Positions 36,789 to 50,400 of a stretch of 64,000 nt of DNA are shown piece by piece. The stretch lies in the NCBI GenBank assembly GCA_043228905.1, contig JBHGNT010000004.1:10540001-10604000 (forward strand), given 5' to 3'. Under the pieces are notes generated by a model that made no database searches, was not told the DNA's origin, and saw only the letters and a list, made by a program, of their open reading frames with translations. Both the position numbers and the translations under genes were made by a program. Position 1 is the stretch's first letter. Every line of letters begins with the position of its first letter. Source of the stretch: Azolla caroliniana. Taxonomy: Eukaryota; Plantae; Polypodiophyta.

Positions 36789-38009
36789 CAAGGGTTGGAT
36801 GTGGATTCGACGTACAAGGTACTGTCCCACGGGCGTGGCATGTGTTACCGGCTGGCAAAGTAGTCCAGAGTGTGAAACGGGGAGTTATTTAATTATTAGG
36901 AATGGTTGTAAGTAAGCTATGAGTGTGGACGGACGGACCGGAATCGGTATGCCGTTCCGGATCCGGACCGATCCCGAACAGGTGCGGATGGCACCGTTTT
37001 GTACTACAGACCGGAAACCTATTTAAAGGCCCGGATACAATGTAATGAGTAGCGGTTAATTAATAAAGATTAGCGGTTTTTATCTCTGTGTTAATTGTCG
37101 TTCTGCATTCATTGTTATATCTTACGCGTGTGATTATTAAGGACGATCTTGCGAAGTAACCTAATTAAGTCAGATTAAGCGTTGAGTCTAATCCTATTGC
37201 CATAACACCCCTTTGGTGAAGTGTCTTCCGTAGACACCCTGTGTTAGGCCATTGTCCGGCCCTTAGAGTTAACAGTGAGGCGGAATCTCGACCTCATGTT
37301 CTCCGCCTCACGCAAGGTCCAGAGTAGCGTGAATCATGTTGTTGGTTACTGTGTCAGGGTGGATTCTGCGTGCTATTGCTTGTGAGTCAGGATGCGTTGG
37401 GGCGTCGATGACCCGTAAGTAACCGCACAATCCTCGTTGTTGTAGCCAAGAACGTGTTTCCTGCGATGCTGCGAGAGGCATGGTGGACTCGAAGGTTTGC
37501 TGACAAGGGCCGTGAGGGGAAGCGATGAGACGAGAGCGAGATAGAGAGATGGAAGAAGATGGTTGGGGAGGACACTGTTGTTCTATGCAGAGGCTACGAG
37601 GGCGAGAGAAGGCCTATTTGTAGGAGCGATGAGAACGAGAGAGAGCTTGGGAGCTTGAAGGCGATGAAGGCAAGAATGCTTCTGGGCGTGTTGTGTGTGG
37701 GGTAGTTCCTTTTATGTGACGACCTAGGGTCTTGTGCAGGGAGAAGATCCTTTACATTGTTGGTTGTGGCTGCCATAATAAGGTATTATGGGCACACGTC
37801 ACAGGAGTGTTATGCCTGGTGTGCATGTTCTTTAAATATTCTACTTTAAGGTGAAGGTGACTAGTTGGTGCGCCTTAGAAAATGTCGTGATTTGGGTGAT
37901 TTGTTAGGTAGTTTAGGTAAGGCAAATTTAAATGCTAAAACTATTCCTACTATATTATTTTGGTGGCTAGGTCATTATTTTACCGATGGGGGCATGTGGC
38001 CTCCTTAGT

Positions 38010-38705
38010 GGTGTCGTCGGTGGATTAGTCCGTGCCATGGAACTCGACGAAGGGATTTTCTGGGATATTTCCGTGGTAAGTTCGAAGTTGGAATCCATTT
38101 ACCCAGCTTTTGACGATGTCTCCGGCAAGTGTGCCGAGTTGGAATGTGCCATTAAACTCATCAATTATCCAGAAGGGGCCTGTCCATCAGAATCATAATT
38201 TCTCGGGCATAGCACTGAGTCGTGTTTGGAAGACCAGTACCGGTTTGCCGATGGTAAGTGTTTTCTCTGTACCTTTCCGGCGACGATCGACGAAGGTTTT
38301 GTGTTGTCGTTGGCGTTGTTCCAGTTGAGCCATGCTGGCCACTCGATGTTCGCCGAGTTCGAGGAGTTGTTCGAGCCGATATTGCTCTGATTAGGCCTTG
38401 GGTAGCCTTTCCTTAACCTGAACTCGGAGACTTGCAACCAAAGGCCATTCGAAAGGGTGTAGATTGAATGCTAGTTTTTAATGTGGTGCGATACACCCAT
38501 AATGCACTATGGAGCTTGTCATCCCAATCGGTGTGGTTCTCATTGACGATCTTTTTCAGGATTGTTTGCAAAATTTTATTAGTAGATTTCGCGAATCCGT
38601 TTGCTTGAGTATAGTACGGTGTACATTTTTTATGTACGACCGCGTAGTGTGTAGTGAGCTCGTGAATTATGTGGTTTATAAATGCCCGCCTTGGTTACTA
38701 ATCAG
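38010..38705 (-). pseudogene. B integrase C-terminal half
   Basis: Minus strand reads NQGGH..NENHTDWDDKLHSALWVYRTT..GPFWIIDEFNGTFQLGTLAG, with small deletions. Confidence 0.85.
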
Positions 38706-41700
38706 TGTTAACTCTTAGGGCCGGACAATGGCCTAACACAGGGTGTCTACGGAAGACGCTTCACCAAAGGGGTGTTACGGCAATAGGATTAGACTCAACG
38801 ATTAATCCGACTTAATTAGGTTACTTAGCATGATCGTCCTTAATATTCACACGCGTAAGATATAACAATGAATGCAGAACGGCAATTAACACACAGAGTG
38901 ATAACAACACTAAGCTTTATTAATTAACCACTGCTCATTACATTGTATCTGGGCCTTTAAATAGGTTTTCGGTCTATAGTACAAAACGGTGCCATCCGCA
39001 CCTGTTCGGGATCGGTCCGGATCCGGAACGGCATACCGATTCCGGTCTGTCCGTCCACACTCATAGCTTACTTACAACCATTCCTAATAATTAAATAACT
39101 CCCCGTTTCACACTTTGGACTCCTTTGTCGGCCGGGCCGGTAACACATGGCACGCCCGTGGGACATTACCTTGTACGTCGAATCCACATCCGACCCTTGC
39201 TATTCTTCGTCCAAAATATCCAGAATGCTTTGTTCGAGAGTCTCCAATGGTTCATCTGGAATTGGTTGTTGTTGTTGTTGTGGTTGTTGCTACCGTTGTT
39301 GCTCCTCCGTTGATGGCTGCTGCGACTGGTCCTTTGGTGGCTGCTGCGGCTGCTCCACCGTTTCTTGCTCTAACATCGGCGTCTTCGTCGTTGCTCCCTC
39401 CGTTGTAGTGGTCTCCGGTTGACTGGTTCCGGGCTAGCCCTCGGCCGGCGACGGTTCCTCATCACTAAGGTTAACCGTTGCCGCTTCCTGTGCTTTTTCT
39501 TCCCGAACCCGGGACCATCTCGTCCCGTATGGCGGTGAAGTCCTCGGAAGTCAACGTGTAACAATCATCTCCTTCCTTCCGCCGGTTTGCCACGTCTGCC
39601 CGTAGCAATTGGAGTTCCGCCGCATTTTGTGCCCACTTTGTCCACCATCTTACGGAGCTTTCGTCAATCAAGCGTTTTGTCTAATTCAGCCATGCCCGGA
39701 GGATGCACTAAATACGACCCGTTCCCAACTGCGATTTGATCTCCGCAGCTTGCCGTTCCTCCTTCAATTGCTTGATGATTTTGACATTGTCTTCAGCCTG
39801 CTCCTTGTAATGCGTCAATTGCCTTTGATATGTGCTTTGTAATTTTTGCAATATCATTGACGCTCTCTCCTTTTCTTCCTGTTGCTGCTTCTGAAGCTCC
39901 ATCCGGACCTTCTCCGCCTCGTCCAACCATCTTGTATTTTCCGCTCATTCGTCGGCGAGCACCGTTGTGGCCCGATCAACTTCATGCTGGAGCTCGGCCA
40001 CCCGTTCCTTATGCTCCGTTTCCAGCCGTTTGTAGTCCTGGTGCAGGTGCTCAAAATCATCTGTCTTTTGCTTGAGCCATGCGTTGATCTGTCGACGATC
40101 CCACCTGATTGCGCCGAGTTGCAATTTCGTTTCTGCCCGTGGACCACCCTGTTGTCCTGGTTCCCCTTGCGCTTCTTCTTGGTTGGTCGAGGGAGGCTGC
40201 ATTGACCTTTCCGGCTCTGGCGGGATGGGACTTGCCGGTGTTGCCGGTGGTGCAAGGGCTTCTGATTCCGGTGCCATGCGCACCGGCTCCGGTTCCTCCC
40301 TTGGCGTGGGAGTCTCAGTATGGGGAGCCGGTGTTCCCTCCGTCTGAGGGTCCGAACGTTTCCCGGTTGCCTCAACGGTCCTTGCCGACGACCGTCGCTG
40401 GAGGTGCTCCATAGGCTCCTCCTCTATTTCCTCTTCCTGAGTCTCGGCATTGAGTTTTGCCGCCAAGGGGTCCGCATCTCTATTCACCGATCGGCGGAGT
40501 GTAACCTTTACGGGCCGTACTGGTGGTTCCTCCTGCGCATCCGTTGGCCGCTTCCGGCTGGCGCTCTCCTTTCCCGCCTGTTCTGCATCCGCCGCCTTCC
40601 CCTTAGTGGCCTTAGAGGCCAACAACTGTTGTCTTTTGGAAGCCATCTTTGGGGTGCCTTCCGCCACGCTTCCCCGCTTCTTGGGCTCGACGAGCTCGAC
40701 GGGTGGCACAAGCAAGGTGAGCCACTGCGTTACTGCGTGCCATATCCTCCGTCCTTCTCGGCCTTCTTTGCCGTCTTTTCCTCTGACGATCTCGATCGCC
40801 GTACACAAACCGTCTGCGATCAATACCGGTCAATCCACCTTGATCCCTTCATAGGTGGCGATGATCATCCTAACCCGGTTCTGCGGCATGACAGGGGGTC
40901 TGGGGTACACATGGCCGTATTCGTGGAGCACACGGGCAATCTTGTGGAACAACATATCTCCGCCGCCCTGTGTCCGGTAGCCCTTGCTGGCTAGGGAGTA
41001 CTCACCAAAATACTTGATGAGTTGCTCCGAGGTCGGATTGTCAATCGTGAGTATGCCTCCCTCCGGAAGGCCTGTTAACGCACAGATCACCTCCCCCGTT
41101 ATGACCTCTGTGTCGATTTCTTTGATCACCTTGTCGGCTTCTTTGTGTGGCGATACCTCCATAATCATCAAGAAGCCCTCGAGCCCATGTTGCTTTAGCC
41201 ATTTCTTGGCAGCTTCCGACAGCGTTTGCGGGTCCATGTCTGTGTCGAGGTCGGATTGTGGTGGCGAGGTTGGATGGTGATGAGAGTGAGATTGAGAGAG
41301 AGAGAGAGTTCAAAAAGCGGGGGTTCTTTGTGCGTAGGTTCTCGTCTGATGATCTTCCAGCGCCTTGGTGCTTCTGTGCACCTGGGTTCGCGAAAGTAGA
41401 GGGTCTCCACGCGCAGTGGTTTTTCTCTGTGCATTCTTGCGCCTTTTTCGAGTGTGTGCACGTCGTGTACTAAACTAGCATTATGTCCTGTGGTGGCGCT
41501 TAAATGCCCACTACGTACTTTTTCGCTCCTCACTCTCTCGTCCATTCATACCTCGCTTTTGCATGATTACTTCGTTTTTTCTTTTCTTTTCTTTTTTTCT
41601 TTTTTTTTACTGTTAGTGTGAGGTTACTTGTCCGTTCGTCCTATCGGACCCTTACCGGCTCGCCGTCTTTGCCATCTTGGTGGTTGCCGTTTCCGCACAT

Positions 41701-44700
41701 GTGTCGGTCCTTTGCTCAAATGTGTTTTTGGGCATCGGTCCTCTATATGGCTTCAATCGGAATCCGTTGACCCATTTTCCTAGCACTTCACCGGCAAGTG
41801 TCCCTAACTAGTAGGACCCATTATACTCACGTGTCAGCCAATACAGACCGGTCCATCTAAACCGTAGTTTACCTGGCATCTTGCCCATCCGGGTCTGAAA
41901 TACTAACACCGGCTTGCCGATTGCGAACATTTTTTCATTTCCTTTCCTGTGCCGGTCGACAAATGCTTTCCGTCGCCGTTGTTCCAATTCTAAGTGCAGG
42001 ATGCTTGTCAGTCGTTGTTCCTCGAGTTCACACAACGCTATTAACCGTATTGGCTCCGACTCCTTCTCGTTCAGCCATTCCCGTAGCTGGATCCGTAAGT
42101 TGGGTACTTGGAATTCCGCCAACATTACCGCCTCTAGTCCAAACGCTAACCGGAACGGTGTTGTTCGGATGCTCGTTTTATATGTCGTCCGGTATGCCCA
42201 AAGCGCGCTATGTAGCTTGGTATCCCAATCCGTTCGGTTTTCGTTGACGATCTTCCGGAGGATATTCTGGAGCGTTTTGTTCATCGATTCAGCTAACCCG
42301 TTTGCTTGAGGATAGTATGGTGTGCTCCGTTTATGGACAACGGCATAGAATGCCATCAGGCTTTCAACTATTTGGCCAAGAAAGTGCCCCCCTTGGTCGC
42401 TTATTAATTCGAGTGGGCATCCGTAACGGCACCAGATGTGCTCGTATAGAAATTTTGTCGTTGACGCAGCAGTGTTGTCTCTTAAGGCTTTGGCCTCCAC
42501 CCATTTCATGCAGTAATCCCTCGCGACGATGACCTACCGATTACCTGTTCTTATTGCCGGTGGTTTGAACGGTCCAACAAAGTTCAGCCCCCACTTCTGT
42601 AATGGTTCAAGTGGTAGTACAACTCCAAATCCGGAAACTCGTCCGCTACTCCGTCACCCGTCTCTCCGGACTCTAATCGGCTTAAGTAATCCGCCACGAC
42701 ATGTTGTATACCGGGTCGGTGGAATATTTCAAACTCGAATTCCTGTAACAGTAAGGTCCACCGGGCCAACTTACCGGTGAGTGACGCCTTGGACACTAGG
42801 TAAAGGAGTGCCGAATGATCTACATGGAAGGAAAACTTCCTTCCCAATAAATAATGCCGAAACTTTATCACACTGTAGATCATCCCTAGAGCTTCCCGTT
42901 CCGTGGTAGAGTAGTTTCGTTCCGCTTAGGATAGCTTTCGGCTGGCATAGTACACTGGCCGGTACCACTTTGGCTCCGTAAGCTGCATCAATACACTTCC
43001 GATTGCGATGTCGGAGGCTTCCACAAACACATGAAATTCTTTACTCCAATCCGGAGGCTGTACTACTGGTGCTTGCGACAATAGTACCTTGAGGGCCCTA
43101 TACGCCCTATCCTCGGTGTCGGTCCACTGGAATGGTGTCCAATGTACAGCGGCATGCAACGGTGTAGCCAAGTCGGCCAAGTATCGGAGCATCCAGCTGT
43201 GCCACCGGATCTGGCCTAAAAACCGACTCAATGCCTTTGCCGTTGCCGGCGCCGGTGCTTCTAATATGGCTTTCACTTTGTCAGGGTTGACTGCAATACC
43301 TTCCTGGTTCACAATATGTCCTAATAAGGTTCCACTGGAGACGCCAAATACACACTTTGCCGGATTCAACCATAGACGATACGCTCTACACTTATCTAGA
43401 CAAAGACGGAGGTGCTGAAAATGGTCCTCCTCCCAGCTATAGACGGCAAAATCGTCAAGGAAAACCTGCATAAAAGCCGGGATATATTCACCAAAGATTT
43501 CCATGATGATTCGTTGAAATGTTGTCGGTGCCGTTTTGAGTCCGAACATCATCACCACGGCCACAAACACCCCCCATTCAGTGACGAAAGCCGTTTTCTC
43601 TTGGTCGTCGGGGTGCATCCAAATCTGATTATACCCGCTGAATCCATCTAGAAAGCTATAGACCTCATGGCCGACGACGGCATCCAACACTCCATCTGTG
43701 AACAAAAGTGGAAATGCATCTGTTACCATAGCCGCTTTGAGTTTCCGGTAGTCCACACAAACTCGAATTTTTCCGTTCTTCTTTGGTACGACTACGATCG
43801 GGCTCAGCCATGTCGCTTTCTTTACCGGACGAATAAAGCCAACTCTTAGCAGTTTGTCGATTTCCTCCTTAACTTTGGCGGCATAATTGGGATTCATCCG
43901 GTACCGTCTTTGTGCCACTGGTTTTGCGTCCTTGCTCAAGTGAATCTGATGCTGGTATAACTGAGGGTCGAGTCCTCGCATGTCTTCTTATGACCAGGCG
44001 AACACGTTGCGAAATTCCGTGAGAAGTGTGATCATCGTTGTTTTGTCTTCGGACTTCATCTCCTTGGCGATGTGCACCAGTTTTGCTTCGTCCGTGGTCC
44101 CTAGGTTCACCTCTTCAAGTTGCGACGCTTTTACGCGCTGTGAAACGGCCATTTCCCGTTCCAACGCTTCTTGCGCTTGCCGTAACTCTCGGATTGCGTC
44201 TTTATCCGGTTCTGCTTCAGTCTCTTCCGGTTGCGGTAAGTATGGTGCTACTACTTCGACAATGTCAATTTCGAAGAGGGGTACGATCTTCGGGTTTTCC
44301 TGCAAGTACTGAGCTTCTTCTTCGTCAGCTAACCCTTCTAGCATGTTGACGCACTCTGCATACAACGGTGTACATTCCTTGCCAGTGCTCGTCCTTGGTT
44401 GTGTTGGTACACGTACCTTAGCTTTTCCTCGCCGGAAGGTAATTATATTTTTTCTCCAATTCTGTTTGATATGTGCCATTTTAAACCACGGCCGCCCTAG
44501 CAATAGCGGGTATGCGCCTTGTGCCTGTAATTTTAGCACTACTGCCGAGATGTGAAATGTATGACCGCCAACGGTGACTTCTAATTTTCGTATTAATCCT
44601 GTCGGCTGCACTAAGCTTGTATCGGCCATCCGTAACCAGAACGGACACGGCTCCCACTCGTGGATTCACAGGGCATCACACGTCCGGAGGCTTATTACAT

Positions 44701-47436
44701 TCACCCCGGAGCGTCCGTCTATAACTGTGCCGGGGAGTTCTTTCCCTTTTACAATGGCAGTGATTACCGGACTGTTGGTGTCCGCCACCGTAAGTCCCTC
44801 CTCTAGATTCGAGAAGAGTACCGGTGTCGGTGATGATTCTCTTGCCGTCATCGTTGTCTTCAGTCCTTCCGTGAATCTCGGCACGAGCTGAAGGAGTCTT
44901 CCTAGTGGCAGCGTAATCTGACATTCTTGCAACGCTTGCCATGTCTCGTTTCCGGCGTGACTGCCGCCGGCAAGCCCTACGGTGTTCTCCTTTTGCCGCT
45001 GTAAGTCTGTGATATTTTGCTCGTTTGCTTTTTTCACCCATTCCGTCACTTGCTTCCGAATGGTCTCCTGCGTCTCACATTCCTTGGCCATGCCCTTCGA
45101 CCTTGTGGTCACCTGTTGCAGATCTGCCACTTCAGGGACTACCATATTTACTGCCGGTCATTTGTCATAGCTCTTCGCCGGGCATTGATTACTATAATGG
45201 CCTTCCTATCGGCAGTAGTAGCAGTAGGCTTTCCGGGTATTGTTGGATTCGGCATTGTTTGTTGTACCCAAGGCCGGTCCTGTGGTAAGCGCAGGGTTTT
45301 GGGCCAGTTGGCTGCTTGAAGCTCCTTGTTCCGGATCCCGTGGGTAGCCGCCTTTTTTGAAATGCCATTTTTTGTTATAGTTCTTCTTATTGCGGTACTC
45401 TTGACGAGGTTGGTCATTATATCTGCCGTATTCCTCCCGTTGCTGACGATACCCGGGGGAGTGCTCCAGGTCGTAATGTTCGTATCGTCTATTGTAATCC
45501 CAGTACCGATCATATCTATCATGCCGGTCGTAGTTATCCCGCCGATCACCGTACCGGACATCATTCTCCCGTCGATCGCCATACCGGACATCCTGTGCCG
45601 GTCGGTCGTGGTCCATTCGCCGCCAGCGTTCCTCTTCTTCATCCCGGCTGTTGCGTGGCTCTATTTGTCGGACGGGCGGTGCTTGCCGGTTCAATAGATT
45701 ATACTCGCACCTATCCGTCGTATGGCCCTTGGATTGACAGATTACACATTGCGTCCTCATAGTGCATTCTAGTGCCGAGTGTCCGGAATTCAAGCAGGTT
45801 GTGCACTGTATTGCTTGCCGAAACCGGAGGTCTTTATCGGACGGTAACGCCCGTTGGAGTGCTCCCAGTGTGAGCCAGGAGCTTGTCTTTTCCATCTCTC
45901 TCACCCGGTCAATGACCTGGTCGATGGTACTTGTGCGGAATTCAATTACCGTGCAAACCGTGCGTAGGGGTTCCCGGAGGGCATTTAGGAATATACTCCG
46001 TAATTCCTCCTCCGGGGGTGCGCGGGCAAGATGACTATGCATCCGTTGAAACCGGATGACAAACTGGGGAATGCTCTCCCTTGCCTCCTTGTCGGATGGT
46101 ATAAAATAAGCCCACCATTACTGTTTGGTCCACCTCCTTTTGGAAAAAATGCAAGAATTTAGCTTTTAATTCTGCGAAGGTGGTGATGGTAGACGGGTCC
46201 TGCGTCCGGCGCCATCTCGTTGTCGGTCCTTCCAATGTGACGCCAAATTCCGCTATCTTAGAGCGTTCCTCTTCTTCCAGGGTCAATTGCTGGGACACAT
46301 GGTTTTCTCCCCATGTCTGTTCAAAGGCGTGAACATGAGCTTCTGCGTCCGGATCATCTCTATACTTGGAGTACTGGAACGACATGTCGTCATCCGGTAT
46401 CGGTGCGCGGGCTGGCGGTGTTGGTGGTCGTTCCTGGTTTTTCTCCGGCGTCGGTGGTCTTTCCTCTTCTTTTGGTGATGGAGGCCTCTCCTCCTCGACT
46501 TCCGGTGTCGGAGGTCGCTCTTCCTCTGCTGGTTCCAGAGGTTCCAGCCTTAGCAATTCCGGTTCCGGTGTCGGTAAGGTGTCTGATCCTTCGTCCTCCG
46601 GTCCGCCTGGGGTTTCGTTGCTGCTACGGTAGTTCGTGTGCACGCTGTATTCCCCTTCGGAATCCGATTCATACGCTGAAAAGGCTTCTGCTTCGCCTTC
46701 TCCGCTTGCCAACGCCTGGAAAAGAGATTCGGTTTCCCGGAGGCTACTTAGGCTACTGCCGTCGTCCGAGTGCGATGTTTGCTGTAACCAGGGGGACTCC
46801 TTTGCTACTCTCCGGATTACGTTGGAAAACAAGCGATCTGCTCTAATTTCCTGTGCCGCTTGCTGGAAAGCCTCATGTCTCCTTTGCCTTTCGGCAAGGC
46901 ATCGAGTTCGATCTATAACCAGGTCATGCGTTGATCTAGTCATCCATTTTTGCCGTCGTTCGCTGCAAAAACAGGAATTGTGGTCGCCAAAAACTGTGTT
47001 AACTCTTAGGGCCGGACAATGGCCTAACACAGGGTGTCTACGGAAGACACTTCACCAAAGGGGTGTTACGGCAATAGGATTAGACTCAACGATTAATCTG
47101 ACTTAATTAGGTTACTTAGCATGATCGTCCTTAATATACACACGCGTAAGATATAACAATGAATGCAGAACGGCAATTAACACACAGAGAGATAACAACA
47201 CTAAGCTTTATTAATTAACTGTTGCTCATTACATTGTATCCGGGCCTTTAAATAGGTTTCTGGTCTGTAGTACAAAACGGTGCCATCCGCACCTGTTCGG
47301 GATCGGTCCGGATCCGAAACGGCATACCGATTCCGGTCCGTCCGTCCACACTCATAGCTTACTTACAACCATTCCTAATAATTAAATAACTCCCCATTTC
47401 ACACTCTGAACTCCTTTGCCAGCCGGGCCAGTAACA
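38706..47436 (-). mobile_element. Element C copy 2 with internal deletions
   Basis: 440-bp LTRs at 38706-39145 and 46997-47436. TSD ATCAG/ATGAG. PBS TGGCGACCACA at 46979-46989 (minus). gag-pol 46943-41625 with a deletion near 42620. Extra ORF 41240-39200 with deletions near 40140 and 39520. Confidence 0.93.
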
Positions 47437-47441
47437 ATGAG

Positions 47442-50400
47442 CTCGATTAGGCATCCATATTGGCACCATATATGTTCGTATACGAATTTTGTCGTGAATG
47501 CAGTCGTGTTGTCCTGTAGTGCCTTAGCCTCGACCCATTTTGTGCAATAGTTCGTGGCCACGATTATGTATTTGTTACCGGTGCGAGTTGTGGCTGGTTT
47601 GAAAGGTCCCACAAAATCTAACCCCCACTTTTGAAATGGCTCTAATGGGAGAATGGGTTGGTGCGGCATCCGAGCTTGCTCGGTCGGTTGTCCCATGCGC
47701 TGACACAAATCGCACTATCAACAGAATTCATGAGCATCTTTTTTGTTGTAGGCCACCATAAGCCACTCTGCCATATTTTTCTTTCCGTGGCCTCTCCAGC
47801 ATAATGTCCCCCCACGATTCCGTGATGTGCCTCCAGGAGGATTGCGTGTTTCTCGAATTGACGGATTGCACGGCGCTAGATGTCGTCCAAGCCTTTGTGG
47901 TAGAGGGTGTCGGAGACCAGACAAAAGTTTCGGCTCCTGACAGCTAGTCATTTTTTAGCGACGAGGGTCGGGTGGTCGGGAGGAAGGCCGATGCTGAGAA
48001 AATGGGTCATCTTCGTGATCCATTCATCTTCATTTTCGTCTGGCACCGTTGCGAGACTAAAAAGGGCGGCGTCGGGTAGATCATCGTACGTGGAGTCGGC
48101 TAGTTCTCCTGACTCGAGGCAGCTCAGGTAGTCCGCTACGGCGTGTTTGTTGGACTCCGAGCCTGTGCTGGATCTGAAAATCAAACTCTTGTAGCAGGAG
48201 CATCCATCGGGCCAGGCAACCTGTGAGGGCCTGCTTATTAACCAAGTATAGGAGAGCCGAGTGATAGACGTGGAATGTGAATTTCCGGCCCAAGAGGTAA
48301 TGCCGGAATTTGTTGATGATGTAGGCCATACCGAGGGCCTCGCGTTTAGTTGTTAAGTAGTTCTTCTCTGCGGCCGAGAGACGTCGGCTAGCGTAATACA
48401 TTGGCCGGTACCAATTTGGTGGTGTGCGCTGCATGAGCGCACTACCGATGCCTATATCTGATGCGTCTACGAAGACGTGAAAAGGTTCCGACTAAATTGG
48501 TGGTTGTACAACAGGGGCATGGGAGAGCATTAACTTGAAGGCTTGGTAAGCCTCGTCTTCTATTGAAGACCACTGAAATGGGAGTCTATGCACAACCGCG
48601 TGCAATGGAGTCGCAAAATCAGCCAAGTGTCGTAACATCCTGCTATGCCATCTGATCTAGCCCAGGAATTGGTTGAGAGCCTTTGCGGTAGAGGGCGTGG
48701 GAGCATTCCAAATGGCTTGCACTTTATCCAGGTCCATTCCATGAACGGAGGAAACCCATCCGTGACTGTCGCGGCATTGAGTTTGCAGTAATCAACGCAA
48801 ACGCAGATTTTCCTGTTTTTCTTGGGGACGACGATGATTGGGCTTAACCATGTGGCTCTTTTTATTGGGCATATAAACCCTACTCGAAGGAGTTTGTCGA
48901 TTTCCTCTTTGACCTTAGCCGCGTAGTTGGGATTCGTACGGTACCGTCGTTGTTGGACCGGTCGAGTATCAAGCAAGAGGTGTACTTGGTGTTGGTAATA
49001 TTGGGGATCCAATCCCTCCATATCAGTGTAAGACCATGCGAATACATCCTGATACTCCGTGAGCAGGCGTATCAGGGCTGATCGTTCGTCGGCTGGTAAG
49101 TTGTTAGCAATTTGTAGTGTACGCGGGTTCTCGTCGAAGCCGAGGTTCAATGACTCGAGTATTGATGCTTTGACTCGTTGGGAGATGGCGAGTTCTCGTT
49201 CAAACGCGTCCCGAGCTTGTCGTAATTCCGCGATAGTTGTGGAATCGGCCTCCTCCTGGGGAAGTGAATTTGTCGTGACATCCTCATCCGATGGTGTGCC
49301 GAAGGCCGAGATGGCGTTTATTTCGAAGAGGGGTATGATAGTGGGGTGATCTTTCAGGAAGTCATCCACCTCTTCGTCGGCTAACCCATCGAGCATGTGT
49401 ACCCCTTCCGCGTATAACGGTGTGGTGTTGTGGGGCGTGGTTAGGCGTTCTTCTGTTATTACCCATACCTTGGTCTTCCCCCGGCGGAAAGAGATCATAT
49501 TTCGCTACCAATGTTGCTTAATATTTGTTGTGCGCATCCAGGGTCGGCCAAGCAACATTGGGTAGGTGCCCGGAGCTTCGAGGTGTAACACGACTGCCGA
49601 GATAGTGAACATGTGGCCTCCTAACGTGAAGTCGAGGTGGCGGATTAACCCTATGGGGCAAACTGATTGCGTATCGGCCATCCAAAGCCAAAAGGGGCAA
49701 GGTTCCCATTGGTTCAGACCGAGTGTGTGACATGTGGCCTCGTTGATGACGTTCACGCCGGAGCCACCGTCGATTATGCATCCATGAAGGTCATGTCCTT
49801 TAAGCATAATTTTCACGGCTGGAATTCTGGGAATCCATGATGGGTGGGCCCATCCCTAGCTTTGCCAGGTTAACAGGGGTTGTGGCCGATTTGTCGTTAA
49901 TCGTGAGCGTAGCCAAGGTATCCCAAAAGCGCGGCATGAGCGGTAAAAGTTTATGCAATGGCAGCGAGATCCTAGAACTAGTAAGGGCTTCCCACAAATG
50001 GTCATCTTCTGCCATGGTGGATGGTCCTATGGGTTGTGGTGCGCCGATGGTCACGTCCTGCATCTCTATGTGCATCCGCTCCACGTTGTTTTTATTGGCG
50101 GTGTCAATCCATTCCTTGGCTGCTTGTCGAATGTCATCTTATACTTGCCATTGGATGGCTTGGGTTTTGCTGCGTGTAGTGACGTGTTGAATGTCGGCCA
50201 TAATAATATTCATGGTTGGGGCCTTGCCGCGGTCCGTGGTTGGGCATTGGGTAGCGTAATGGCCGGGTTGGTTACACTTAAAGTAGGTAACGGATGCCAA
50301 GTTCCTAGTGTCACCGTGCTCAGTGTGTGGGAAAGGTTGTGAGCGGTTCCCGGCCGCATGTGTAGGCGTGTTGGCCCGTGGCGCGTTATGGGGAAGAGAG

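Larger units (their letters stand above)
13926..37274 (+). mobile_element. Element C (copy 1): Ty3/Gypsy with gag-PR-RT-RH-INT plus extra ORF, interrupted by D
   Basis: 432-bp LTRs at 13926-14357 and 36843-37274, roughly 4% diverged by eye. TSD GTGAG. PBS TGGCGACCAC at 14365. TATA CCTATTTAAA at about 14101 and AATAAA at about 14145. Confidence 0.95.

Noticed and set aside
14509-47106. Many antisense or overlapping ORFs of 60-310 aa
   Set aside because: They are shadow frames of GC-rich gag-pol and extra-ORF sequence, with no independent motifs.
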